In this document: positions 28,976-37,761 of the stretch, piece by piece
How the letters are laid out: every line of letters begins with the position of its first letter
Position numbering within the stretch: position 1 is the first letter of the stretch
Assembly (NCBI GenBank): GCA_041655595.1
Contig: JBBAFB010000002.1
Location: 1 to 64,000, forward strand
Length of the DNA stretch: 64,000 nt
Direction of reading: 5' to 3'
Source: Bacillota bacterium
GTDB taxonomy: Bacteria > Bacillota > DULZ01
The notes under the pieces: model-generated
Told to the model about the DNA's origin: nothing
Seen by the model: the letters and a program-made list of their open reading frames with translations, nothing else
Databases searched by the model: none
Position numbers and translations under genes: made by a program

Positions 28976-29208
28976 CCGACAACCAACAAGAAATATTTAA
29001 AAAAATCCCTACAGCTACCCAATCATTTGCCAAAAGGCAAATATTTTGCAACGAAGTTGTGATAATTTAATATATGTAATACATTTGCAATGTTTGGGCA
29101 ACATTTTTTAATTTATAACATTTTAACTGGAGGTGGTAAATGCTTGATAAAGGTTTTTCCTAACTATGGAAAAGTGTTTTAAATTGATTTTGAAAGGAGC
29201 TAATTTGC

Positions 29209-29937
29209 ATGAAAAAGGATTTTACTTCCCCGGTAAAAGGGTTGTTGATTACTGCCTTGGCAGTGGTGTCAATTTTTACCCTGACAGGTGGTATTGGCAC
29301 TACTTGTGTTGCATGGAATGCAGCTAATTTGGGGCCATTTGCGGTAATGGTTCCTTATGCACCGTTTTATAAATCAATGGTTGTAGTTAATATTTTGGTA
29401 GGTCTTGCTCTATTTATTATTACTTACGCCTTTGTCCGTTCCGAAAAATGGGCATATAATGCCGCACTCATTACCTTGTTTATCGGTGGCGGCTCTGGCC
29501 TGGTAAAAATGTATATGTCCCAAACCATTAGGGGAGGCACAGCCCCAACGAATGTGCGCGTATATTTTACACTTGCCGCCTTAGTTATTTTCTTAATTGT
29601 CAGGTTGCCCTTCATTTGGAATAGAATTGATTTGGCTAAAAAACCCGAGGGTGAATCTTCTTATGTTATTCCCACAGGAGTTGCTTTCCTGGTAGGCGGA
29701 ATAAGCCAGCTTGCCATTACCCTTTTTGCAATGCCTTCCCACATAGTTGAGGGCGTAAATTACGTAAATTATCTCGCACCTCAGTTTTACGCGATCAGCG
29801 GTATCTTAATGGCTGTTGGTGCAGGTCTGCTACTGACGGTAAAATTAAAATTGAATTTGGATGCACGCATTGCCTCTGTTGTCAAATCTATTTATAATGT
29901 ATTTGTGTCATCAAAGGAAGCTAAGGAGTTTAAATAA
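29209..29937 (+). CDS. integral membrane protein (hypothetical, ~6 TM)
   Basis: Hydrophobic helices throughout; SD GAAAGGAG upstream. Confidence 0.5.
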   Translation: MKKDFTSPVKGLLITALAVVSIFTLTGGIGTTCVAWNAANLGPFAVMVPYAPFYKSMVVVNILVGLALFIITYAFVRSEKWAYNAALITLFIGGGSGLVKMYMSQTIRGGTAPTNVRVYFTLAALVIFLIVRLPFIWNRIDLAKKPEGESSYVIPTGVAFLVGGISQLAITLFAMPSHIVEGVNYVNYLAPQFYAISGILMAVGAGLLLTVKLKLNLDARIASVVKSIYNVFVSSKEAKEFK

Positions 29938-30015
29938 GAGGTAAGGGAAGGGGCATGGTAGGATGGTTCTGCTAGGCCCCTTTTCTCCGGGTAGATCTGG
30001 TGATCAAGGAAGGCG

Positions 30016-30561
30016 GTGGTAGGCTTGGATGCACAAATTATTAAATGGGAGATAACTGGCTTTTTTGTTATTTTTGTTGTTGGTGCCGCTTGGCATTTCT
30101 TTTACAGTTCAACCGGTGTTCAGTTGATTGGACTTATTTCCCCTGTAAATGAAAGTGTTTGGGAGCATTCAAAAATGGGGACATATCCTATTTTGATTTT
30201 TTCTATCATAATGGGTTTTTATTTTAAAGAACAGATTCCTCACTTCTGGGCTGCTCAAGCTATTGCTATTTACTCGGTTCCTATAATTATGATAGGGCTT
30301 TTTTACTTTTACACTTTTTTCACCGGACATCATATTTTGGCAATTGATATTTCGATTTTTGCAATTTGCATAGCCTTGGCTCAGTGGTTGAGCTATAAGC
30401 TTTTAACAGGACAGCTTAACCCGGTAATTTCTCCGTCTGTTGCTTTAGCATCAATCGCTGTTCTGGTATTAGTCACCAGTTATTTCACTTATTTTCCACC
30501 CAAGGTGCATTTATTTTTAGATGCTACCAATGGGACATATGGAATAAATCAGGTAAAATAG
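30016..30561 (+). CDS. integral membrane protein (hypothetical)
   Basis: Five or six hydrophobic helices. Followed by a bidirectional terminator. Confidence 0.45.
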   Translation: MVGLDAQIIKWEITGFFVIFVVGAAWHFFYSSTGVQLIGLISPVNESVWEHSKMGTYPILIFSIIMGFYFKEQIPHFWAAQAIAIYSVPIIMIGLFYFYTFFTGHHILAIDISIFAICIALAQWLSYKLLTGQLNPVISPSVALASIAVLVLVTSYFTYFPPKVHLFLDATNGTYGINQVK

Positions 30562-30620
30562 GGGGAAATTTTTTGTTTAAGTAGGTTCTCCCGCAACATA
30601 AACAAAAACTCGCCAACAAA

Positions 30621-30645
30621 AAAAGACCTGTCAGGTCTTTTTGTT
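30621..30645. terminator. bidirectional rho-independent terminator
   Basis: aaaaagacctGTCaggtctttttg, flanked by A and T runs, between convergent genes. Confidence 0.7.
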
Positions 30646-30647
30646 GG

Positions 30648-31715
30648 TTAGGCTACCAGGTTGCCATAAGAACATAGCTTTTGTAAGGTGTCGGCAATAA
30701 CCTCCTTCAGTGCTGCGGGTGGATCAATATTATGGCGTAAATAGCTCTTAAAAAGGATAAAGCTAACCAGTTTCAAATAATTAATATCTAATTCTTGGGC
30801 CATCACTGCCAGGGAGGCTCTGGCACCCAGGGAAGGTGTGCCGTTAATATCAATTATATAGGGGTTTCCAAAGCTATCCTCTTTAAAATCAATTCGTATT
30901 ACATCGGAGGCTCCTACTGCATCGAAGGCCGCTTTAGCAAGGGTGGTCAGCTGAAACCAGCGTGGATCTGACACCGAAAGAAAGTCCCAGGGGTAATCTT
31001 TGGTGTCTCTCTTTTTTGCTAAACTTCTAACCTTGGTGTCCGGAGGAAAAATAATTGGCGGAAGGACATATTGGGGATCATTACCCAGGATACCGATAGT
31101 ATATTCTCTGCCGGGAAGGTAGGTTTCAATCAGCACAGGCAGATCACCTAATTGCAAAAAAAGCCCCTTTAGCTTGGATATCAGTTCTTGTTGATTGCCA
31201 ACTATGGAAGATTCATCGATGCCTAAACTGGCACCACCTCCTGCAGGCTTAACGAACAAGGGGTAGGTCAACTTTTGGGATAGCTCTGCTGGCTGAAAGC
31301 TACTAGGTATTGCTACCTGAAAATCCGGTGCCGGCAGTCCAAAACTTTGCAGCCGTGAGGAGGTCAATTGTTTGTGTCGGCAAATTTGCATTATTTCAGC
31401 TGTGGAATGGGTGCTGGGAATACCATAGTTAGCAAGGATTTGTCGCAAGAGACTAGGGCCGCTGCCATCCCATAAGGTTTCAGGGATACCTAAAAAGCCT
31501 TCGGCATAAACAAAAGCTAAATGGGGGCGCGGAAGCTTTTTTAAATAATTAATCAGTTGAGTCGGGGTTTTAACATTAATGGGAAAAACCCGGTGCCCTG
31601 TGGCTTGAAAGGTTTTGTTTAAAGCATCAATTGTGGCTGCTGAGGCGCATTCCCCGAAGGGTCCTTGACGGAGCTCATTGCTTAGGGAGTTGTACAAAAA
31701 AAGCAGTTTTTTCAA
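30648..31715 (-). CDS. ATP-grasp family ligase, D-Ala-D-Ala-ligase-like (stand-alone)
   Basis: 355 aa with Ddl-C-like motifs (PLFVKPAGGGASLGI...ETYLPGREYTIGILGN...IRIDF...IIDINGTPSLG). Confidence 0.6.
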   Translation of the reverse strand: MKKLLFLYNSLSNELRQGPFGECASAATIDALNKTFQATGHRVFPINVKTPTQLINYLKKLPRPHLAFVYAEGFLGIPETLWDGSGPSLLRQILANYGIPSTHSTAEIMQICRHKQLTSSRLQSFGLPAPDFQVAIPSSFQPAELSQKLTYPLFVKPAGGGASLGIDESSIVGNQQELISKLKGLFLQLGDLPVLIETYLPGREYTIGILGNDPQYVLPPIIFPPDTKVRSLAKKRDTKDYPWDFLSVSDPRWFQLTTLAKAAFDAVGASDVIRIDFKEDSFGNPYIIDINGTPSLGARASLAVMAQELDINYLKLVSFILFKSYLRHNIDPPAALKEVIADTLQKLCSYGNLVA

Positions 31716-32003
31716 ATACCATTCCTCCTAAAAATTGACTGTCTATCCTAATTGTAATAGAAAATGGTGAATTTGTTAAGCTATCTATGAAAATTTTTAT
31801 TTTGAAAACATTTAAATGTTGGCTAGTCGTGGCTTTAGTTATGAATTCCGTTAAAAGTATTGCTAAATATGAGAATAACCGCGGCAAGTGATCTAAATTT
31901 AGTTGTGGTAAATTGCAGGAAAATCCATTACTGATGGTGTATTAGTTAAGCAGTTAAATTTTCAAAACCGGTTACCAGTTGTTATTAATAACCGACAGGA
32001 GGA

Positions 32004-32375
32004 GTGGCTATGTCTTATTGTCCTCTGTGCAGGGCTGAATACCTTGGCGAGCTAGAAAAATGTCCGGATTGTAAGGTAAAACTGGTGGAAAATCTTGAGG
32101 TAGATTCTTTGTCAGAAAAAGACAAGGGGGAACCTGGCGAAAACAATTGGGCTTTGATAAAAGGCATTTTAACAGACCTTGAGGCCGATATTATTGCAGG
32201 GCTGTTGGAAACCAATGAAATTCCCGTATTGCGAAAATATCCTGGTATGAGTGGCTTAACAAAGGTCTATATGGGCTCATCTTTCAGTGTTGATCTTTAT
32301 GTCCCATCAACAAGGCTACAAGAAGCCAGAGAACTTTTAAATCAGATTCAAAAAGAGGTAAGGAAAGGTGATTGA
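32004..32375 (+). CDS. zinc-ribbon + DUF2007-like small protein
   Basis: N-terminal CPLC...CPDC ribbon. The C-terminal part (IIAGLLETNEIPVLRKY...) resembles the DUF2007 putative signal-transduction fold. Confidence 0.45.
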   Translation: MAMSYCPLCRAEYLGELEKCPDCKVKLVENLEVDSLSEKDKGEPGENNWALIKGILTDLEADIIAGLLETNEIPVLRKYPGMSGLTKVYMGSSFSVDLYVPSTRLQEARELLNQIQKEVRKGD

Positions 32376-32377
32376 AA

Positions 32378-32467
32378 ATGAAAAAATCATTTTTAATTGT
32401 AGGTTTGGTGGCAGCGGCGGTAATTGCATACCTCTTGCTTTCACTGCCTATTTTTCAAGGGTTTTAG
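32378..32467 (+). CDS. 29-aa hydrophobic micropeptide (MKKSFLIVGLVAAAVIAYLLLSLPIFQGF)
   Basis: Not in the ORF track because it is under 60 aa. ATG lies 3 nt after the upstream stop, with the SD AGGAAAGGTGA. Single predicted TM helix. Confidence 0.4.
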   Translation: MKKSFLIVGLVAAAVIAYLLLSLPIFQGF

Positions 32468-32624
32468 CTTTTTAAAGCGGAAAGCCGGTAACGGCCGGCC
32501 CGGATGATAGAGGACCGGGACGGAAGGGGCTTAAGGTGTTCTTTTCTTTGCTTGTTTTCTAATTGATGCGTAGTTTCCGAAAAAAACTATAAAACAGAGT
32601 TGCGATTCAAAGGGGAAGGTAAGG

Positions 32625-34307
32625 GTGGCGAAAACCAGTTTTTTTAATAAGTTGAGCGTTCGCTTGTCCATTAATCTGGCAATTATTGTTCTGGTGGTTT
32701 CTCTGACTAATTTCCCCTGGATCTCCGAACGCTTGAAATTAAACCTAGAGTGGGAGCTGGCGGAAAAAGCTAGGGTGGCCACCTCTTTGTTTGTAGAGAC
32801 CAGATTTTTCCCGGGGGGAAATGATTTGAATAATGGCCCTATTGCTGATTGGGTAAGGGTGGCGGATTTTAAACACAGAACTGTTTCAGCGACGGAGCAG
32901 TCCATTAATAAACTCTACAAAGAAAAATCCTGGTTGTTTAACGAAATCCTATTTGATACCGGCCGGGTTGAGTCCCTCCCCACTGCGACACTTGCTTTAG
33001 TGGAGGAGTTTATAAAAGACCCCGAGGTTCAAGAAGTTTGGGATATCCGAACAAGTGCCAAAGAAAAAATGTTTTACTATTTTGCCCCGGTACGCGTGGA
33101 GGAATCCTGTTTAAGTTGTCATGGAAGTGAAAACACTTTTGCCTCCTTTGAAGGGATACCCACCTACACCCGGGATCAGCTGCTTGGTGTGATTGGGCTG
33201 GAGATGCCTATGTTTGCTCAAAACAAAATGATTAAAATGGAGCTAACATTGCAGATGGTGTTTATTGTTCTAATGCTGACCTTAATTGCCTTTGCAGTTT
33301 TTATCTTTGTGCAGAGGGCAGTAGAGCAGCCGCTTAACAAGTTGATATTGGTAGCCCAAAAATACGGGCAAGGCCATTTAGATAGTCCTTTTCCCAAGAT
33401 CAATGCACCGGCAGAAATAGAGCTGATGGCTGAGCAGTGGTTCGCTATGACTGAGCGGCTAAAGGGTTTTTATATTGACCTGGAGCATCAAGTTAAAGAA
33501 AGAACCGCTAAATTAAAGGAAGCCAACAGAACCTTGGAGGAGCAAAAAAGGGAACTGGAGGAAGCCAATAAAATAAAATCGGAGTTTTTGGCCAGCGTCA
33601 GCCACGAGCTGAGAACACCCCTAACTTCAGTTATTGCTTTTGTGGAGTTGTTGTTAGAAGGTATTGGCGGGCCTGTTAACGAACAGCAAAGAGACTACTT
33701 AGAAGGCGCTTTGCGGGGCAGCCATCGTTTGGAGGATTCAATCAATGATTTATTAGATATGGCAAAAATTGAGGCAGGGAATGCCAGCCTTTACCCTACT
33801 TATTTTTCCCTTGAGGATCTGGTTTTGGATTTAGAAAAAAGGCTGCATTCCTTGATTTTAACAAAAAGAATTGATTTCAGAATTGAGTTAGCAACTGGGC
33901 CGGAGAAAATTTACGGGGACAGAGAAAAAATAGAAAGGATTTTGCTGAACCTGCTCAGCAACGCCGTTAAATTTACTCCCGTTGGCGGCATGGTCTCCAT
34001 TAAAGCTGAAACAAATGATCAAGGGCTGGTTGTTCAGGTTAAGGATACAGGTTTGGGCATTAAAAAGGAGGACCAACAATATATATTTGATGCCTTTAGG
34101 CAAGTGGACGGCTCCACAACAAGAGCATACAAGGGTACTGGTCTGGGCTTGGCAATTGCTAAAAAATATGTAGATTTACACGGAGGTTTTATCTGGGTTG
34201 AAAGTGATTTAGGCAAGGGCTCGACGTTTTATTTCACCATACCTAAAGAGGGGATAGAAACGGAGGTGGTTAAGGATGGAACAGAAAAAGATTTTGGTAG
34301 TGGATGA
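32625..34307 (+). CDS. sensor histidine kinase with extracytoplasmic CxxCH (c-type-haem-like, DUF3365-like) domain
   Basis: N-terminal TM, then a periplasmic domain with ESCLSCHGS. Second TM, coiled coil, HisKA (SHELRTPL) and HATPase_c (N-box LLSNAVKFT, G-boxes DTGLGI and GTGLGL). Confidence 0.8.
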   Translation: MAKTSFFNKLSVRLSINLAIIVLVVSLTNFPWISERLKLNLEWELAEKARVATSLFVETRFFPGGNDLNNGPIADWVRVADFKHRTVSATEQSINKLYKEKSWLFNEILFDTGRVESLPTATLALVEEFIKDPEVQEVWDIRTSAKEKMFYYFAPVRVEESCLSCHGSENTFASFEGIPTYTRDQLLGVIGLEMPMFAQNKMIKMELTLQMVFIVLMLTLIAFAVFIFVQRAVEQPLNKLILVAQKYGQGHLDSPFPKINAPAEIELMAEQWFAMTERLKGFYIDLEHQVKERTAKLKEANRTLEEQKRELEEANKIKSEFLASVSHELRTPLTSVIAFVELLLEGIGGPVNEQQRDYLEGALRGSHRLEDSINDLLDMAKIEAGNASLYPTYFSLEDLVLDLEKRLHSLILTKRIDFRIELATGPEKIYGDREKIERILLNLLSNAVKFTPVGGMVSIKAETNDQGLVVQVKDTGLGIKKEDQQYIFDAFRQVDGSTTRAYKGTGLGLAIAKKYVDLHGGFIWVESDLGKGSTFYFTIPKEGIETEVVKDGTEKDFGSG

Positions 34308-34974
34308 CGAAGAGGATATAGTAAAAGTTATTGAACACCGATTGTCTAAGGAGGGGTATAGGATTATCACAGCCGGAGACGGTGAGGAAGCCCTGTGGCT
34401 ATTCCAGCGGGAACGGCCTGATTTAATGATTCTTGATTTAATGTTGCCAAAAATTGATGGATTTGAGGTCTGCAGGTTAATTAGAGAAAAATCTGATGTG
34501 CCCATTATTATTTTGTCGGCAAGAACAGATGAGTTGGACCGTTTGCTGGGTTTTCGAATGGGTGGGGATGATTACATGACCAAACCATTCAGTCCATCTG
34601 AACTAGCCCTTCGCGTTAAAGCCATTTTTAGGCGGATGTCCGGTGTAGAGTCGGCTAATAAAACTGCTTTTGACCTAGTTAAGCAAAAAGGGTTGGAAAT
34701 TAACCCTAACAACTACACGGTAACCTTGGCTGATAAGGAGGTTCAACTGACTCCCAAGGAGTTTAAACTGCTTTGGTTAATGGCTTCTCAACCAGAATAT
34801 GTATTTAGCCGCGAGCAGTTGCTGGAGCAAATTTGGGATAGCGATTCCGTGAAAGATGCCGACAATGTAACGGTTATGATCAGCCGTTTACGGGATAAAA
34901 TAGAGGAAAACCCCGGTAACCCCAGCTATATTAAAACAGTGTGGGGTGCTGGTTATAAATTTTCCAGCAGCTAA
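34276..34974 (+). CDS. OmpR-family response regulator
   Basis: REC domain (KILVVDDEEDI...LMILDLMLPKIDG) plus a winged-helix C-terminus (LTPKEFKLLWLMA...VWGAGYKF). Confidence 0.85.
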   Translation: MEQKKILVVDDEEDIVKVIEHRLSKEGYRIITAGDGEEALWLFQRERPDLMILDLMLPKIDGFEVCRLIREKSDVPIIILSARTDELDRLLGFRMGGDDYMTKPFSPSELALRVKAIFRRMSGVESANKTAFDLVKQKGLEINPNNYTVTLADKEVQLTPKEFKLLWLMASQPEYVFSREQLLEQIWDSDSVKDADNVTVMISRLRDKIEENPGNPSYIKTVWGAGYKFSSS

Positions 34975-35057
34975 AACAGCCGGAAAGATAAAAAATACAG
35001 ATTTTACCCGGCTAATTTTTGCCTCTTTGCTCAAACTATGAGCAGGAGGTGGTTAAA

Positions 35058-35303
35058 ATGCAACAAAGTATTCATTGCAGTGTAGATAACTGTCACTATT
35101 GGCACGAAGGCAACAGGTGTCACGCTGATCAGATCATGGTAACAGCGGATACGATTGGTGCTTCAATGCCCGATAGTTTTGATGCATTGCAAGCAGCTAA
35201 TGCACCGTCTACGCCGGTCAATTCCTGTATGGAAACCTGTTGTAAATCTTTTGTGCAAAAGGGTTCCCAAAGCATTAGAATGGACGGTCTTAAACGCATC
35301 TAG
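35058..35303 (+). CDS. DUF1540-family cysteine-rich small protein
   Basis: IHCSVDNCHYWHEGNRCHADQIMV pattern. SD AGGAGGTG 8 nt upstream of ATG 35058; the ORF-track start at 35019 has no SD. Confidence 0.55.
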   Translation: MQQSIHCSVDNCHYWHEGNRCHADQIMVTADTIGASMPDSFDALQAANAPSTPVNSCMETCCKSFVQKGSQSIRMDGLKRI

Positions 35304-35310
35304 CTACCCC

Positions 35311-35342
35311 CAGCAGCAATCCGACAGGTTGCTGCTTTTTTT
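35311..35342 (+). terminator. rho-independent terminator
   Basis: agcagcaaTCCGACAGGttgctgct hairpin followed by seven T residues. Confidence 0.75.
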
Positions 35343-35611
35343 AGTATTTAATTGTTAATCATGATAAATAGCAGTTGGGTTTACCATTTGCAGTTAATTG
35401 GCGAAAATCCAATTCGCCCATATAGGGGTTGATTCAACCTCCACCATCAGCTCTGTTGAAAGGGTCCCTTTCCGCCGCTTGTTCATACCACCAGCAATCA
35501 GTGAAATTGCAAACTCTGCTCATAAAAACACCCCTCGGAAGTAGAAATTTGTTTTCAGCTTTCCCGAGGGGGTTAGATTATATTCCGGTGACCTGCAGTG
35601 CTTTAGAATAT

Positions 35612-36097
35612 TTATCCCAGCAATTCGGCTTTAACAATAGCAAGCTTTCTCAGGTGAGTTTGTTCTTCTTGAATCAAAAGATTAATGACCTCCTTGTCCT
35701 TTTCGGATACAAGTTCCTTTAGTTCTTTAAAGAATAAAATGGTATCCTTTTCAAAGCCCATAGCAAAATTTAAGGCATCAATTTCTGTGTTAACTTTTTT
35801 TAGGGCTTCTTCAGCACTGTTCACCTTGCCAAAGATGTGGGTGTCTACTAAAATTTTAAGATAATCTTCGTATTCACCCGGGTAGGTTTCCCTTAAGTTG
35901 GCAGGAGTTAAATTTGGCAACAGACGCCTAAATGTTTCTTCATGCTTTTTTTCTTCATTTTTTAAATGATTAATTAAATCCTTGACCCCTTGGTCAGTTA
36001 GTTTGTCTTCCAAACCCGCATAAAATATATAGCCATTTTGTTCTATTCTGATTGCAAATTCAACCACTTCACTGGCTTGAAATATCTTCCACATCAT
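35612..36097 (-). CDS. ferritin-like/rubrerythrin-family diiron domain protein (no rubredoxin domain)
   Basis: Helical ExxH-containing pairs (EVVEFAIRIEQNGYIFY ... EEKKHEETF ... FEKDTILFFKELK ... EEQTHLRKL). SD GGAGGTA upstream. Confidence 0.6.
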   Translation of the reverse strand: MMWKIFQASEVVEFAIRIEQNGYIFYAGLEDKLTDQGVKDLINHLKNEEKKHEETFRRLLPNLTPANLRETYPGEYEDYLKILVDTHIFGKVNSAEEALKKVNTEIDALNFAMGFEKDTILFFKELKELVSEKDKEVINLLIQEEQTHLRKLAIVKAELLG

Positions 36098-36106
36098 TTG
36101 TACCTC

Positions 36107-36259
36107 CTATTTCTTTTCTTGGGGATCTACTAAACCACATTCCGGAGTATAGCAAGTATCATCCACAAAGGGGCATTTATTGTGACACTGGGGGCAAACT
36201 TCAGGCGGGGCCTCTGCTGTGAGTGTGTATCCGCAAATTGAGCAACGCCAGTTAATCAT
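36107..36259 (-). CDS. 50-aa rubredoxin-like zinc-ribbon protein (rubrerythrin rubredoxin-domain homolog)
   Basis: Translated by hand as [50 protein letters not shown], with CxxC...CPxC. SD GGAGGTGAAAT upstream. The stop overlaps the SD of the ferritin-like gene. Under 60 aa, so absent from the ORF track. Confidence 0.55.
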   Translation of the reverse strand: MINWRCSICGYTLTAEAPPEVCPQCHNKCPFVDDTCYTPECGLVDPQEKK

Positions 36260-36363
36260 GATTTCACCTCCTGTTATTTTGCAATCTTACTCCATTTTTT
36301 ATATTCGGTGGAATAAGGCCTTTTCCTTTATTCCCAAAAAAAAAGGCTTCGAAAAGCCGTTAT

Positions 36364-36615
36364 TTATTTTACTTGCTTTAACAACCCTTTTAGCGATCTT
36401 AAGTTGTTTTCTTGTTTGCCTTTGTCCTTGTTCTGTAGAGACTGTTCTTTTCTGAGGTTTGAAAAGCTTTGAACACTGCTTGTAAGTTGCCCTACTTTAG
36501 GATCATTTAACAGGTCAAATACATTTTCCAAAGTGTTCAAGGCTTCTACGCCCTGTTTGTTAACAAAGGGCTTTAGGCTTCGCAGAAAATTAATTATTTC
36601 CGTTTGTCCCGACAA
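36364..36615 (-). CDS. hypothetical small protein (Lys-rich C-terminus)
   Basis: TTG start with the SD AAGGGAGGG. No recognisable domain. Confidence 0.4.
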   Translation of the reverse strand: MSGQTEIINFLRSLKPFVNKQGVEALNTLENVFDLLNDPKVGQLTSSVQSFSNLRKEQSLQNKDKGKQENNLRSLKGLLKQVK

Positions 36616-36808
36616 GCTAAACCCTCCCTTGATAAATTTTTACTAATATAGTTTATTTCAATTAACACTAACTGCTACTATAAAAGGGTGAGCAGGAAAG
36701 CTCTTAATAATTTGAAAGAGGCAGCTATATTGGCAGGATTTAAGGCCCCAGAAGGCGAACCTTTGTTCCATAGTTTCTTTTTAAATAATTACCGGGGGTG
36801 CTAAAAAA

Positions 36809-37747
36809 ATGAAAAAGATTTATCTGTCCGATTTAAATGAAGGGCAGCAGGTTTATAATATTTTTCAGGTTAAAAAAAAGGAGCTGGTTCCTTTTAAAGA
36901 AAAACAGGGGAAGTTTCTTTCCTTAGTTCTGGGAGACAGAAGCGGTGAAATGGATGCGAAGGTTTGGGAAAGGGCAGAGGACTTGGCCCAGGGTTTTGTT
37001 TTGCACGATTTCATCGTAGTAAAGGGTGTTGTTACAAAATACAATCAAAAATTGCAAATAACTATTGAAAATCTTAAAAAAATTGTGGTTAAGGACAAGG
37101 ATTTGTTCCACTTTTTGCCGGTTTCTCCCCGGGATGGGGACGAAATGTGGGCGGAATTAGGCAATGTGATTAATATTATTACGAACAAGCATTTAAAAGC
37201 TTTGGTTAACCAGGTATTTTCCGATCTTGATCTAGCCGATAAATTTCGAAGAGCTCCGGCGGCTAAATCTCACCACCAGGCTTATCTGGGCGGCTTGTTG
37301 GAGCACACACTAAATGTGGCTCTGGTAGCGAAAAAAATCGGCGAAAACTATGCGGAAACGGATCTTGATTTGCTGTTAACGGGAGCCTTATTCCATGATA
37401 TAGGTAAGGTTGCCGAGTTTTCCTATGATAAAGTAATTGATTACAATGATGCCGGCAGGTTGTTGGGGCATATCGTAATGGGGGCAAGCCTAATAGATCA
37501 AAAAATTGCGGCGATTGATCAATTCCCCGAAATTTTGCGGGTTAAGGTTTTGCACATGATAGTAAGCCACCATGGAAAGTATGAATGGCAATCTCCGAAA
37601 CGCCCCAAGTTTTTAGAAGCGGCTATCTTGCATCAAGCGGATCTTTTGGATGCGGAAGTGGATAAGTTTGTTAAGGTTAAAACGGAAGAAACCGAGGAAT
37701 TGTGGCCCTATGTAAGAAACCTTGATCGTTATGTTTTTAAAGGTTAA
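36809..37747 (+). CDS. yhaM: 3'-5' exoribonuclease YhaM (OB-fold + HD domain)
   Basis: N-terminal OB-fold (FLSLVLGDRSGEMDAKVWE) and an HD domain (HTLNVALVAKKIGEN...LFHDIGKV...VSHHGKYEW). Confidence 0.8.
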   Translation: MKKIYLSDLNEGQQVYNIFQVKKKELVPFKEKQGKFLSLVLGDRSGEMDAKVWERAEDLAQGFVLHDFIVVKGVVTKYNQKLQITIENLKKIVVKDKDLFHFLPVSPRDGDEMWAELGNVINIITNKHLKALVNQVFSDLDLADKFRRAPAAKSHHQAYLGGLLEHTLNVALVAKKIGENYAETDLDLLLTGALFHDIGKVAEFSYDKVIDYNDAGRLLGHIVMGASLIDQKIAAIDQFPEILRVKVLHMIVSHHGKYEWQSPKRPKFLEAAILHQADLLDAEVDKFVKVKTEETEELWPYVRNLDRYVFKG

Positions 37748-37761
37748 AGGGGGAGATTAAT

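Noticed and set aside
28766-29070. Two overlapping plus-strand ORFs encoding repetitive FLLSTFYLL peptides
   Set aside because: They are translations of the heptanucleotide microsatellite. They have no SD and sit immediately after a terminator.
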